NCBI RefSeq assembly: GCF_009914755.1
Contig: NC_060933.1
Reading direction: 5' to 3' (one strand)
DNA length: 64,000 bases
Source: the human T2T-CHM13v2.0 reference genome, Homo sapiens
In this document: positions 42,623 through 55,309 of the stretch, piece after piece
Layout of the letters: every line of letters begins with the position of its first letter
Numbering within the stretch: position 1 is the stretch's first letter
The notes under the pieces: model-generated
Told to the model about the DNA's origin: nothing
Databases searched by the model: none
Seen by the model: only the letters and a program-made list of their open reading frames with translations
Translations under genes and position numbers: made by a program

Positions 42623-44682
42623 TTACAACTTTTCCCAACACACTGACTGAACTCCTACATCTCCCTCTTTTCTATTTTTAGCATCATGTTTTGTTGATTG
42701 AAGAGTATAGATGCGTACAGCAACAGGTTTGTCAGGCATGGCGCTCATTGCTTGTATTCCTGCTTTGCATCCTAGAATTAGTAAATAACATAAGACAAAC
42801 ATGAGTATAATTAGTAACATTCTTTTCCAATCAAGGGGTGGCCCCCAGGAGTGGGGGGTCTATCCAGGAGAGATGATCTGGCATACCCTTCCATAAGGCT
42901 GTTTGTTGGGTGTATAGATCTATGGCATTTAGGGATTCTATAATTGTAGTTTTAAGTTGCTTTACATCTGCTGTTAAATTGTCATGAAAGGTTCCCCAGA
43001 GGTGTTGTTTCACCTCATTCCAACTATATATTGATTGATTCCATGGTAAAGAAGTGACACAGATATGTTTATGCTCCCACTCGCAGTTTAATTGCTGTTG
43101 GAATGCCAGTGCATCTTGTCGCTCCCCCACATATTTCAAGGTAGCCTCGAGGGCTTACAGACGTGCAATAATCTTTTGATCTATACCCTGCTGTAAGAGA
43201 AGTTAATTAGACACATTTCTGGCCAAATTGTCTACAAAAGTAGATGTTTGTACTGATTTAGTAATAGATGCTACAACAATACTAGCAGTTGCTAGGATGG
43301 CTATGGTTGAGACTATAAAGGCTATAAGTGTAACTATGAATCTTTTTTATCTGACCTGGGACAGGGCACGTTCTAATGTGGCAAGGGCAGAGGAACCTTG
43401 CCAATCGCCTGTTAAATTGACTGGTAGGAAAGCCTCAGATTGTGTCTTCAATACCACGACATTAGTAATATTTAAGTTAGATATATTATAATTAGAGATA
43501 CAAGAGGCAAACCAAGCCTGTCCCTGCACTCTGGTCACAAACGTGGAGTTTTGGGGTGTAATAGAAATATTGGTTCCCATAAGGAAAAAATATGGATGGG
43601 TAGTGCAAATCAGACACTCATTAGTGTGATTATGAAAAAAGGTCATAGTATAATTGTGACTGGAATTATGATATGCCCCATGCCACATGTTAAGGGGGAT
43701 GCTAAGATGTCCCAGGCACCATAAAGTGTCTTGCGGTGGCATGGACTCTAGCTGGGGTCTGGGATATCCCATCCCCCATTGGCCCAAATTATAGGGGAAT
43801 GGGACCTGGCTACAAAACTGTCATTGATGCCACGATAGACATGGACATCAGTATGATCACCCTGCAAATGGCTTGGGGGCTCCAGTCTAAGATGTTATAA
43901 TTGCCTAAGTGGAGGCTACAGGCCTGTCTCCTCTGACAGACCTCCCAGCTAAAGTGGAATCCATTACTTTCCCAGCTTTGTTCTTTAGCACAGGGAGGAA
44001 TGTTTGGGAAAGTGACATTGATGGCATTGTCCGGTTTGAGGCTACCTGCAACTAAGACTGTTAAGGCATTTCCTTTGCCATGATGTAGCCATAATTGTGT
44101 TTGGGCAGGTATACAGTAATGGTTAAAAGTTTTATAACTTACACACAGTGGGAGGATAGTGGAGTGATACGTAGTGTTACCTGGCACCTTAGTCCAATGT
44201 GTGCCATTAACGAGGGACCCCACAGAGGGTAAATCTATCCCTCCCAGCCAACCAGTTATGTTATTAGAGGCTGGGAAGGTGGTGTCTGCCCAGGTGGCAG
44301 GGTGAAAGAAAGGTGGATATAAGATAAGAACCCAATGGAGTATAGCAGGGACAGGTTGCAGACAAAGCAAGAGCATAAAAAGGATTAATACCCTACATGA
44401 GTTGCAATGCAAAACAGAGAGGACAGCAAGGAACAAATTATCTGGAGTGAATGGTGTCTGTGTCCGGAGCAGGATTTGCTCAGCCTCCTGAGTTGTCCTC
44501 TTCAGCATCCCCCAGATAACGTCCGTGGATTGTGTCATCCGAGGAAGCCGCATTGTCCAGGGCTGCTGGTCCTGTAGGGTCATTTTCTTCATTTCTGGTA
44601 CTGGGTTGGGTTCTAGCCACAGCATGGTATGTTTTGCCGCATTGTGCTGGAATCCAAAGAGGACCTGAGGGGTTGTGAACAC
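42623..44682 (-). pseudogene. env: HML-5 env (leader, SU, TM), disrupted
   Basis: Leader WGMLKRTTQEAEQILLRTQTPFTPDNLFLAVLSV. Furin site reads R-*-K-R. TM has QLNCEWEHKHICVT and a hydrophobic anchor. Confidence 0.9.
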
Positions 44683-47150
44683 AAGCCTATCCTCTTCCCC
44701 ATGTTAACAGTTCATTTGGACCACACCATACATTACTGTTTACATCTTTCCATAAAACTGTGGGTTTTATGTCTTGAGAGGTTTTAGCAAAGTGCTTTTA
44801 TACAGCTGATTGAAATTTATCATCTAAATTTTAAAAATTAAGGTAAATGAGGCTTGTGCCAATAGTGTTGCAGGGTCCTTACTCATATTCCCCTTTTTTG
44901 TGTTTTGAGCATATTTTTAAGGGTGGAGTGGGTATGTTCTACTATGGCCTGCCCGCCCTTTGGGGTTATACGGGATGCCTGTGGAATGTTGGATATTCCA
45001 CGTGTGACAATGTTGTTGAAATTGTGAGCTGGCATAAGCCAAACCATTATCAGTTTTAATTTTTGTGGGCCGCCCCACAAATGCAAAAGTTAAAGGAAGA
45101 TATTTAATGACATATCAAGTGGACTCTCCAAGGAGAGCATGAGTGCTAATTAAATGAGAATTGGCATGAATGGATACATGTACATGTCTAAGTTTTCCAA
45201 ATTCAAGGATGTGTGTAACATCCATTTACCGTAACTGATTAGGCTCTAGTCCTCTAGGGTTAACACCTGTTGAAGGAAAGGACGTGCCTGTGAGGTGGCA
45301 ATCTGGGCATTGTAGGATAATTTGTTAACTAGCCTTTGGGTAACTTGAAATTGTTTAAATAAGTTTCTCCAGTTTTGGTGAAAAAATTGATGCAATTGAG
45401 TGGCTTGGTCAAGCAGTGATGTCATAACCTGTAGGTCTGCTTGATCATTGTCATAAGCCAATGGGCCAGGCACTGAGCTGTGGGCCCAAATGTGTGTAAT
45501 AAAAATGGGATGTGTACATTGATGTAGCAATTGCTGAAGTCAGAGAAAAAGTACACACAGGGTGGGCTCCAGAGTGGACTTAATCAGGGCTGTCTCAAGG
45601 TTCTGCAATAAATAAACAGAGTAAGCAGAGTCACTAATAAGATTGATAGGCTGAGTGGAAAATATTTCCAAGGCCAATATTAAGGCTCCACCTTCAACTC
45701 TCTGAGTGCTAGTAAATCCAAAACGAGTGAGGGAATTATGCAGTCTCCACCAAACAGCCAATATTCCACATTTACCAGAGCCATCAGTAAACAGTTTTAA
45801 AGTGTTAGGTATGGGGGATTGAACTATTTTAGTAGGCAAAAACCACAGAAGTATGAGATAAGGACTGAAGGAGTTTGTCAGCAGAAAGGGCATTCTCTAT
45901 ATGGCCTGTGTAACTGGAGAGTGCTATTTGCAGTTCCATAGATAAGGGCAATACTGCTTCGAGTTGCTTTTTACTTAAAGGAATTCTGATAATATCAGGG
46001 TCACAACCTAGCAACTGATTGCATCATCTGCAGTCTGAATAGATGACTTTATTGACTAACTGGATATAGGGAGAGAGTGTTTTAGTCCTAGCATGTGAGC
46101 AAAAAACCATTCTAGGAAGTGCAGACCTAGGGTCATCTGTCCTATTAACCCTTTAGGGGAGTGTTTAGTGGGAAAAAGAAACAACTGAACTGAATACCAT
46201 GGATCTATGCAATCTAGTTGCCTCTGAGGAATAGTTTGCTCTATCTCTTCAATTTTCCTTTGTGCTGCGGGAGTTAAATATCTGGGAGAGTCTAGTGAAG
46301 CATTGCCTTTTAAGATAGAAAACAGGTTCTGTAAATTATCAGTAGTTATGCCTAAGGTGGGATGAAGCTAGTTAATATTGTCTAGCAATTTCTGATAATC
46401 ATTTAAGGTATGTAAGTTGCTAGTACTTAATTTAACCTTTTGAGGTCTTACTGACCAAGAAGTTGGTATGTACCCAAGATATTTCCAAGGAGAGGACATT
46501 TGTACTTTTTCAGGTGCTATGATTAAACCTCTTAACTATGTATTCCTTATGACAGAGGCATATAACCTTAAAAGTACTGGCTCTGTTGGGGCTGTTAGTA
46601 AAATATCATCCATAAAATGAAATAATCTTGCAATTAGGAAATTCTTTTCTACTGGGGAGCAAAGTCTGATTTATGTAATACTGACACATGGTACGACTGT
46701 TCAGCATTCCTTGGGGAAGCACTTTCCAATGAAATCGGCAAGCTGGCCTTTCATTATTGATAGCTGGTATTGTAGACGCAAATTTTTCTCTGTTCTGTTC
46801 TGCTAGGGGAATAGTATAAAAGCAGTCTTTTAAGTCAATAAAGATTATAGGCCAATCTCGAGGAATTATCGCAGGGGAGGGGAGCCCCTCCTGAAGGGGC
46901 CACATAGGTTGCAAATTAGCACTGATAGCACATAAGTTATGCAAAAGTCTCCATTTACCAGACTTTTTGGGAATGATGAAAATGGGTGAATTCCAAGGGT
47001 TCTATATCGCAGGCTTTTAATTGCTCCACAACTAACTCATGAGGTCTTTGCAATTTCTCTCCCTTTACAGGCTACTGTTCTACTCAAATAGGATTTTGAG
47101 AGAGCTATATCAAGGGTCGGGGAGGAATAACAATGGCCATTATTAGAAAG
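44600..47150 (-). pseudogene. pol: HML-5 pol (RT, RNase H, integrase), disrupted
   Basis: [12 protein letters not shown] and [11 protein letters not shown] (RT); LFTDGS and DSAY (RNase H); HQFFHQNW and GQAIVE (IN). Confidence 0.9.
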
Positions 47151-47221
47151 AGGTCTGCAGAGTGACCTCAGTTAACCCTTTTGTAAATGGGCTAGTGGCT
47201 CCGTTTTCTCAAATGCCTTTT

Positions 47222-47757
47222 TTAAATCTGTTTGCCTTGTTGATCTTGCATTACCAGGCAGGCTAAGAGCTGCCCTTCTAATGCCGCTTGCCTAAGACAG
47301 GGTCCCATAGCTGTAGTGTATACCTTGTCTTTTTTCCAATTGATTGGAGGAGAGGGCTCAGGCAAAACCTCCGTTTCCTCTTTGTTATTTTGGCCTGGTG
47401 ATAGCAGGGATGAGGGATAAGGAGGCGGTAAGGTAAGTGATGGGTCCTCCTCCCTCTCCTTTTTAGGCTCTTCTGTGTATAACAGGGCCAGAGCTGCCCT
47501 AAGTAAGCCTGTAACATTAGAGATATTACTGGGACCCGTTGCCCTTGCATATGACATTGTTTATGATTTCTCCCCACTTGTTCCCAGAGCTCTAGGTCCA
47601 TGGTGCCTTCTGCTGGGAACCATGGGTTATGAAAAACAACAGTTTGTATTAGGTTCCTTAATTGAGCCTGTGAAACCGAGGCTCTGCTAGCTTTAAGCAT
47701 CTGTTTCAATACTTTTATATACTGCTTCTGTTGTGCTGATATCTGTTATCACAAGAT
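47222..47757 (-). pseudogene. gag: HML-5 gag N-terminal remnant (MA plus PPPY late domain)
   Basis: NPWFPAEGTMDLELWEQVGR is betaretroviral MA; LPPPYP is a late domain. CA, NC, dUTPase and most of PR are absent. Confidence 0.85.
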
Positions 47758-48957
47758 AAAACCCTAGCCTGAACAATTCCCTCGAACTGGAAATCCCAAG
47801 CAGGCACCAATGACTTATTGACTCACTAACCGCACAGTCTTTTCACCTTTGTTTTCAAGGGTTGTGTCATGATCTGTTGCAGTGTTCCTCACGCAGGGAA
47901 CCACCTGCCAGGTCCAATCCACAGACCCTGACCAAGTGATGGCTGAAAAAATGCACTCAGACACAGGTATCCAGTGAAAGAGTGGGCTAGGGGACTGGGC
48001 TGCTCACAGAAAGAGTTGTAGCAGCCACAGCCTTGACGAGCTGGTGCTGTGGGAATTTATTAGTAAAGATTTAATGACAAAGGCTTTGAGTCAACACATC
48101 TGTGGGCAATTAACATGGTTGCCCCACCCCCCAGAGAGAGCAGTCCTGCACGCAGATGATCAAAGTTTGGTCTTATGACAACATGAGTAAACAAGCTATT
48201 TAGATAAACTCCCCTATGTTCCCTTGTTATTTGCTTTTTGCTATTAGCTCAAGGTAAGAGGATTAGGCTGCCTTCAGCCATAACCCTTTCCCAAAGCTTT
48301 TGCAAAACCTTCCAGCCTTCCAAGAAGGTTTGCGTCTTTCCTATAATTTTTCTTACATCTTATCCCACCACCCTGACCGAACTCCTACAAAGATAGACAG
48401 GTAGGCAAATGGAATAGAGTCCAGAAATAAACCTTGGCATATATGATCAAATGACTTTCACAATGTCCCAAGATCACTTAGTGAAATAAAGTCAGTCTCT
48501 TCAATAAATGCTACCTGGAAAATTGAATGTTCACATGCAAGATAATAATATTAGTTCTGTGTATAACACCATAAACAAAATTCAACTAAAAATGGATCTG
48601 TTACCTAAAGACAAGGTTTAAAACTATAAAACATTGGAAAAAAGCTTCATGAGAGCAGATTTGGCATACTCTATTGGATAAAACACCAATGCCATAGGTA
48701 ACAAAAAAAAACTAGACAGAGTGGAATTTATGAAAAATGTTAAATTAATTCATCAAAAGATACTATCAGTAGAGTAAAAAGGCAACCTAAAGAATGAAGA
48801 ATGTATTTGCAAATTACGTATTTAAAAAGGGACTGATATCCAGAATATGTAAAGAATGCCTCAAACATGTAAAGGATTTAGAGATGTCTCCAAAGAAGAC
48901 ATATACATGATGAAGAAGAATATGAAAAGATGTTCAGCATAACCAGTCATTAGAGAA

Positions 48958-49825
48958 TCAACCACATTAAAAATGGGCAATGGATATGAACAGACACTTC
49001 TCAAAAAAAGGCATACATGCAGCCAACAAACATGTAAAAAAAGTTCAACATCATTGATTATTAGAGAAATACAAATCAAAACCACAATGAGATACCATCT
49101 CATGCCAGTCTGAAGGGTGATTATCAAAAAAAAAAAAAAAAAAAAGAAACAGCAGATGCTGGCAAGGTTGTGGAGAAATAGAAATGCATTTACACAGTTG
49201 GCGGGAATGTAAATTAGTTCAACCACTGCAGAAGACAGTGTGGCGATTTTTTAAAAATTTAGAACTGGAAATACCATTTGATCCAGCAATCCCATTACTG
49301 GGTATATTAACAAAGGAATATAAATCATTCTATTATAAAGACACAAGCACTCATATGTTCATTGCAGCACTATTCACAATAGCAAAGACATGGAATCAAC
49401 CCAAATGCCCATAGTGATAGACTAGATAAAGAAAATATGGTGCATATACACCATGGAATACCATGGAGCCATAAAAAGGAATGAGATCATGTCCTTTGTA
49501 GGGAAATGGATAAAGCTGGAAGCCATTATCCTGAGCAAACTAACACAGGAACAAAAAAACAAATACTGCATATTCTCACTTATAAGTGGGAGATCAACAA
49601 TGAGAACACATGGAAACTGGGAGGGGAACAATACTGGGGCCTGTTGTGGGGAGGGTGGGGGTGGGGAGAGCACTAGGAAAGAGAGTTAATTCATGCTGGG
49701 CTTTATACCTTGATGATGGGTTGTTAGGTTCAGCAAACTGCCATGACACATGTTTACCTATGTAACAAACCTGCATATCCTGCGCATGTACCCAAGAACT
49801 TTAAAAAATGGAATAATTAAAACAA
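48958..49825 (+). mobile_element. 5'-truncated L1PA (approx. PA8-PA11)
   Basis: ORF2 C-terminus [20 protein letters not shown], and a 3'UTR ending ATGTACCCAAGAACTTTAAAA. Confidence 0.85.
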
Positions 49826-51024
49826 AAATAAAAAAGCGGGGACTTCAAGGGATATTTGTAGACCTGGATTCATAGAAACATTATTTGAAAAAGCTAAAAC
49901 ATAGAAGCAACCCAAGTATCCGTCATCAGATGAATTGATAAGCAAAATGTGGCATATACATACAATGCAATGTTTTTCATCCTTAAAAAGGAAGGAGATT
50001 ATGTTATATTTTACATCATAAATGAATCTTGAATACATTTTGCTGAAAGAAATAAGCCAATCCCACAAAGACAATACTGTATGATTCCACTTCTTTGAGG
50101 TAGATAGAGAATACAAAATTATAGAGTCAGTAGAAAGTAAAATTATGGTTACCAAGAGCATGGAGGAAGATGGAAGGAGGAGTTGTTATTTAATGGATGT
50201 AAAGTTTCAGTTTTGCAAGATGAAAAGTGTTCTGGAAGTGGACAGTGGTGATGAATGCATGACAATATAAATGTACTCAATATCACTGTACTCTACAGTT
50301 AAAATGGTTACGACAGTAAGTTTAATGACACGTGTTTATCACAATTTTAAAAAGAAGAAAAATGTAACTTGTTTTTCCCAAAGATCCAGCAAACTATTTT
50401 GTAGGTATTGACAAATTGGCTCTACAGTTTATATAGAATGGTGAAAAGCCTAAATTAGCCAACATAACACTGAAGAATAAGGGCAAAGTTGGAGTGAATA
50501 CACACACATACACACATATGGCTTCCATGTATGTATGTTTATGTTTATAGTTTATATTATATGGCAGCACTATGCCAAGTGATAGGAATAAAACAATTTG
50601 TAAGACATGCTCTAAATTTGAAGAATTCAAGTCTTTTCCATGTAATGTTTTAGTTATGTGAAATATTGGTGAGATATTTATACACCCATGTGATCAATGG
50701 CATGCTGGATTTCATTGAATCACTAACTAACCAATAGGAATTGGTTAGAGTTATCTGCATGTCCCTCACTTTAAGTCTTTTTTTAGCAAGATTTCCTGCA
50801 GAAAAGTAAAAAGACTGACACATATAAGGCAGGGGAAAGAAAACAAGGAAACAAAACTTTTATTTCTATTACTTATCTTCCAATTTAGAACCTAGGTATA
50901 TGAAATCATGATATTTGAAGCTATTAAGCAATGTGCCTGATACAGGCATATTTCAGTATATAAACGGACTTGAACTGCCACAGTCCTACTAAGAAAATAA
51001 GGATTCAAAAATAAAGGGAGAAGA

Positions 51025-51327
51025 GACTAGGAGCAGTGGCTCACTCCTGTAATCCCGGCACTTCGGGAGGCTGAGGAGGGCTGATCACTTGAGGTCAGGA
51101 GTTCGAGACCAGCCTGGCCAACATGGTGAAACCCTGTCTCTACTAAAAATACAAAAATTAGCCAGACATGGTAGCAGGCACCTGTAATCACAGCTACTCA
51201 GGAGGCTGAGGCAGGAGAATAGCCTGAACCCAGGAGGCGGAAGTTGCAGTGAGCTCAGATTGCGCCACTGCACTCTGTCCTGGGCGACAAAGCTGGACTC
51301 TGTCTCAAAAAAAAAAAAAAAAAAAAA
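51025..51327 (+). mobile_element. Alu (AluS-type)
   Basis: Full Alu with A21 tail. TSD AA(A/G)AATAAAGG(G/A)AGAAGA at 51007-51024 and 51326-51343. Confidence 0.95.
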
Positions 51328-53139
51328 GAATAAAGGAAGAAGAGAACCATCCGTAGAACCATATGAACCATTAGTTCCAGACAGTTTTATGCAGTGGTTA
51401 GTTTTTCCATCTCTTATTGACAATGAAAGCTATCTAACTTGAGTCAAAGACAAATAATTTAATTAATCGAAGGACTCATACCTCTTTATTGGTGTTGGAG
51501 CCCATAATCAAATTATCGTAATTAAAGTAGGACACAGCACATAATTTTACATAACAGTATGATGTGAAACAAAAGTAGCTAATGTTGATGAACCCATTAA
51601 TGAAAATAAGACTAATTGTGAGCTACAGGGACTAAATGGCCAGAATTTATAGAACTTATTTCCTGTAATAATGAGTGGAACGTGTGTGTTGGGTTTGTTT
51701 CTTTGAATGCCCCCTTTTCCCTTTTTATCTGTTTTTCTGACCGGACATCCATGACATTATTAGTACAGCAGTGAGGCTGAGTATCACCTCGCTATGCAAT
51801 ATTAAAATGACCTAGTGATTTGCAAATTAAGCATCCTATGGAAATTTTTAGTAGCTCTCAGAACAGCATGAGTGTGATTTAAGCCTCCTTTAGTCAAAAC
51901 ATCTGAAATCAGGATTCATTTACAGCTTAATCATTTATATATTGCCAACATGTTCACATTAAGCATATTGTTTTAGTACCAAAATAATTAGACAGAAAAT
52001 ACTAATTTGGCCATGCATATCATTTCAATTTATATGCAATGTACATGCCAAATGATGATTTGGAAGTTATTTTCATGTTTTAACCTCTTTGAATAGCCCT
52101 ACTCATGACTGGGGATGTATAATATCAGGCATGCTTGACAATGGGAGGCCTGGTTGCCAAGTAAGGAATCTATTTTCCAAATTGATGCCAATGCATTGTG
52201 TGCCACATATATTCACAATTGCCAAGCAGCCTTTCTAAATGACTTGTAATCCCTCTGCAGATTGTGTTTCTAATTTATAAGAATTTTGCTTAATAGCTAT
52301 GGATCTCCCTCAAACTTTCATTTGTCAAGCATGAAATTAATTTAGAGATTATTTTATGTTGTTCTGAGAGCATCCCCTTATTATTCACCATATCCTGAGA
52401 ACCAATGTGCTCATTTCCTAATCCCTGTTAATCTTTCATTTGGTAATGTAGAAGTAAAGCAGCAGTTGACACTGCCAAAAGCAGTATTAAAATGTTCATT
52501 TTTATATATCCTGTGTCTCTTCTCAGCTTGTTAGTCACGGACTAAATAACATTATTTTCAAGCATTGCATATAAAACAGGGTTTAAATCTTTTGTTGTTA
52601 TATGTAGTTAAAATCTTCCAAGGATTTACACAAATACCTTAAATGATAGGAAGGCAGAGATTGCAACAGGAATAGGTTGGTATACTTTGTTCTCCTTTGA
52701 TCCCAAATTAACATTAAAGGAAAAAGTTTTGATTATGTCTGGATATGTAATCTGAGGGTAAGGACGACTAAATTGATTGTCTAATTTAAAATGTTCCTAA
52801 AGGAAATGTACATATTTTTGAAATTTAAAACCTGAACATGAAAACCAGATAAAATTTGCTATCTTGTACATGGTTAAAGGACAGCAAGGACCTCTTTGCT
52901 AAGCGTTGGTATAAAGGATTCCGTATACATGAAATTTATGTCAATTTACACTGTATATATGACTTGGGAACATTATTTCCAACTATTCAATTTTTATAAA
53001 GTTCCATTTATCTATTATATTTTTGTTGTTGCCTGTGCTATTGGGGTCATATTTAATAAAAAAATAGTGTAAAACCCAAGGTTGTAAACATCTGCTCCTG
53101 TTTTCTTCTAAGAATTGTATATTATTAGCTCTTAAATAT

Positions 53140-53391
53140 AGTAGCTGTCATCATTCTCTTATTTGCAGTTTTATGTTCTGTGGTTTCAGTTACCCCTAGT
53201 CAACTGTGGTCTGAAAATATTATGCATGAATATAGTACAATAAAACATTTTGAGAGAGAGACAGACCACATTCACATAACTTTTATTACAGTGTATTGTT
53301 ACAATTGTACTATTTTATTATTATTTATTGTTGTTAATTTCTTCCTAACTTATGTATTAAACATATATATAAGTATATATACACACACACA

Positions 53392-53425
<34 letters not shown>

Positions 53426-53522
53426 TTATATATACAGTTACAGGGTTTGATACTGTCCACAGTTTCAACCATTGGGTGAGGTCGTGAAACATAGCTTCTA
53501 CAGATAAGGGGAAATGACTCTA
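53140..53522 (+). mobile_element. MER44/Tigger7-derived element containing a (TA)n(CA)n microsatellite (~53361-53432)
   Basis: GTGGTTTCAGTTACCC...GTCAACTGTGGTCTGAAAATATTA...GAGAGAGACAGACCACATTCACATAACTTTTATTACAGT. Confidence 0.8.
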
Positions 53523-53679
53523 TTTGAATCAATTTGAATTAATTTTTGAATATGGTATAATGGTCTCAACTTCATATTTTGCATGTGCATATTCAGTTTT
53601 TCTAGTACTACTTGTTGCAGAAACTTTTCTTTTTCCATTAAATTATCTTGGTACCCTTGCGAAATTCAACTGATCTTTA

Positions 53680-54095
<416 letters not shown>

Positions 54096-55309
54096 TAGTA
54101 CATTTTAAAAGAAAAAATGTGAATTCTCCAACATTTTTCCCTAATGCTGTTTTGCTTATTCAGGATTCATTGAAATAGCATATAAATTTCATAATGGGTT
54201 TTTACATTTCTAAAAAAAGACCATTGAGATTTTGATAGGGATTGCATTGACACTATATTGTTTTGAGTGGAAGCATCATTTTAACAGTATTAAGTCTTCT
54301 AATCCATGGACGTGAGATATTTTCCCACATTCATTCATCTATATTCAGAAAATCTATTGGTCTATTATCTTGTTTTCTCGTCGTGTCTTTGTAGCTGGCC
54401 TCATACAATGATTTCAAAAGCATTTTTTCACTTTCCATTTCTTTTGAAAGAGTTTGAGAAGAGTGGTGTTAATTCTTTAAATGTTTGATATGACTTACTG
54501 GTGAAGCTATCTGATCCTGAGTTTGTCTATGTTGGAAGTTTTTTGTTTTGTTTTGTTTTGTTTTAGAGCACCAAATACTTGTCTCTTCCTCCTCTTCTCT
54601 TGAGGGTTACAATTGCAGAACTAGTTGGGAAGCAAAATAGTATAAATATTACCACTGGCTTTGGAGTCCAACAAGCCCAGGTTCAAAACTTTGTGACCTA
54701 ATATTTACAGTTTTTTTTCCATTGACAAACAATAATGGTAAATATTTATAAGGTAAAATGTGATGTTTTAATATATATACATATTATGGAATGATTAAAT
54801 CAAACATATTCATCACCTCACATACTTACTTTTTGTCATATGAACATTTAAAATACAGGCTTTTAGCAATTTTGAAATTTATTATTATTAGCTAAACATT
54901 ATTATTGACCATATTAACCATGTTGTGCAATAGATCTCAAATGCTTATTCCTCCTGTCTAACTGAAACTTTGTGCCTTCAACCAACATATCCCTATCTGC
55001 TCATCCCCTACTCTCTGGTAACATCATTCTACCCTCAACTTCTATGAGTTTGACTATTTTTTACTACTGATTCAACTCCCTTACTTGTTATAGTTCTTTT
55101 GAGATTTTCTACTTTTTCTTGAGTTAGTTTGGTAATTTATGTGTTTCTAGAAATTTGTTTATTTTATCTAGGTTATCCAATCTGTTGGTATACAGTTGTT
55201 CATAGTATTCTTTTATAATTTTTTACATCTGTAAAGTCAGTAGTAAATGACATTACATCTGTAAAGTCATTTTTCATTTCTGATTTTTATAACTTGAGAC
55301 TTCACTTTC

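Larger units (their letters stand above)
42170..48389 (-). mobile_element. HERV-K(HML-5)/LTR22 provirus, 6220 bp, with a gag-pro deletion
   Basis: LTRs at 42170-42659 and 47906-48389 start TGTAGGAGTTC on the minus strand. Perfect 6-bp TSD AAGATA (42164-42169 / 48390-48395). Met-like PBS TGGTTCCCTGCGTGAGGA, PPT at 42660-42679, betaretroviral gag/pol/env peptides. Confidence 0.9.

Noticed and set aside
55223-55269. Short direct duplications (TTACATCTGTAAAGTCA x2; similar ones at ~30310, 59836 and 63243)
   Set aside because: Ordinary slippage-type micro-duplications inside decayed repeats.
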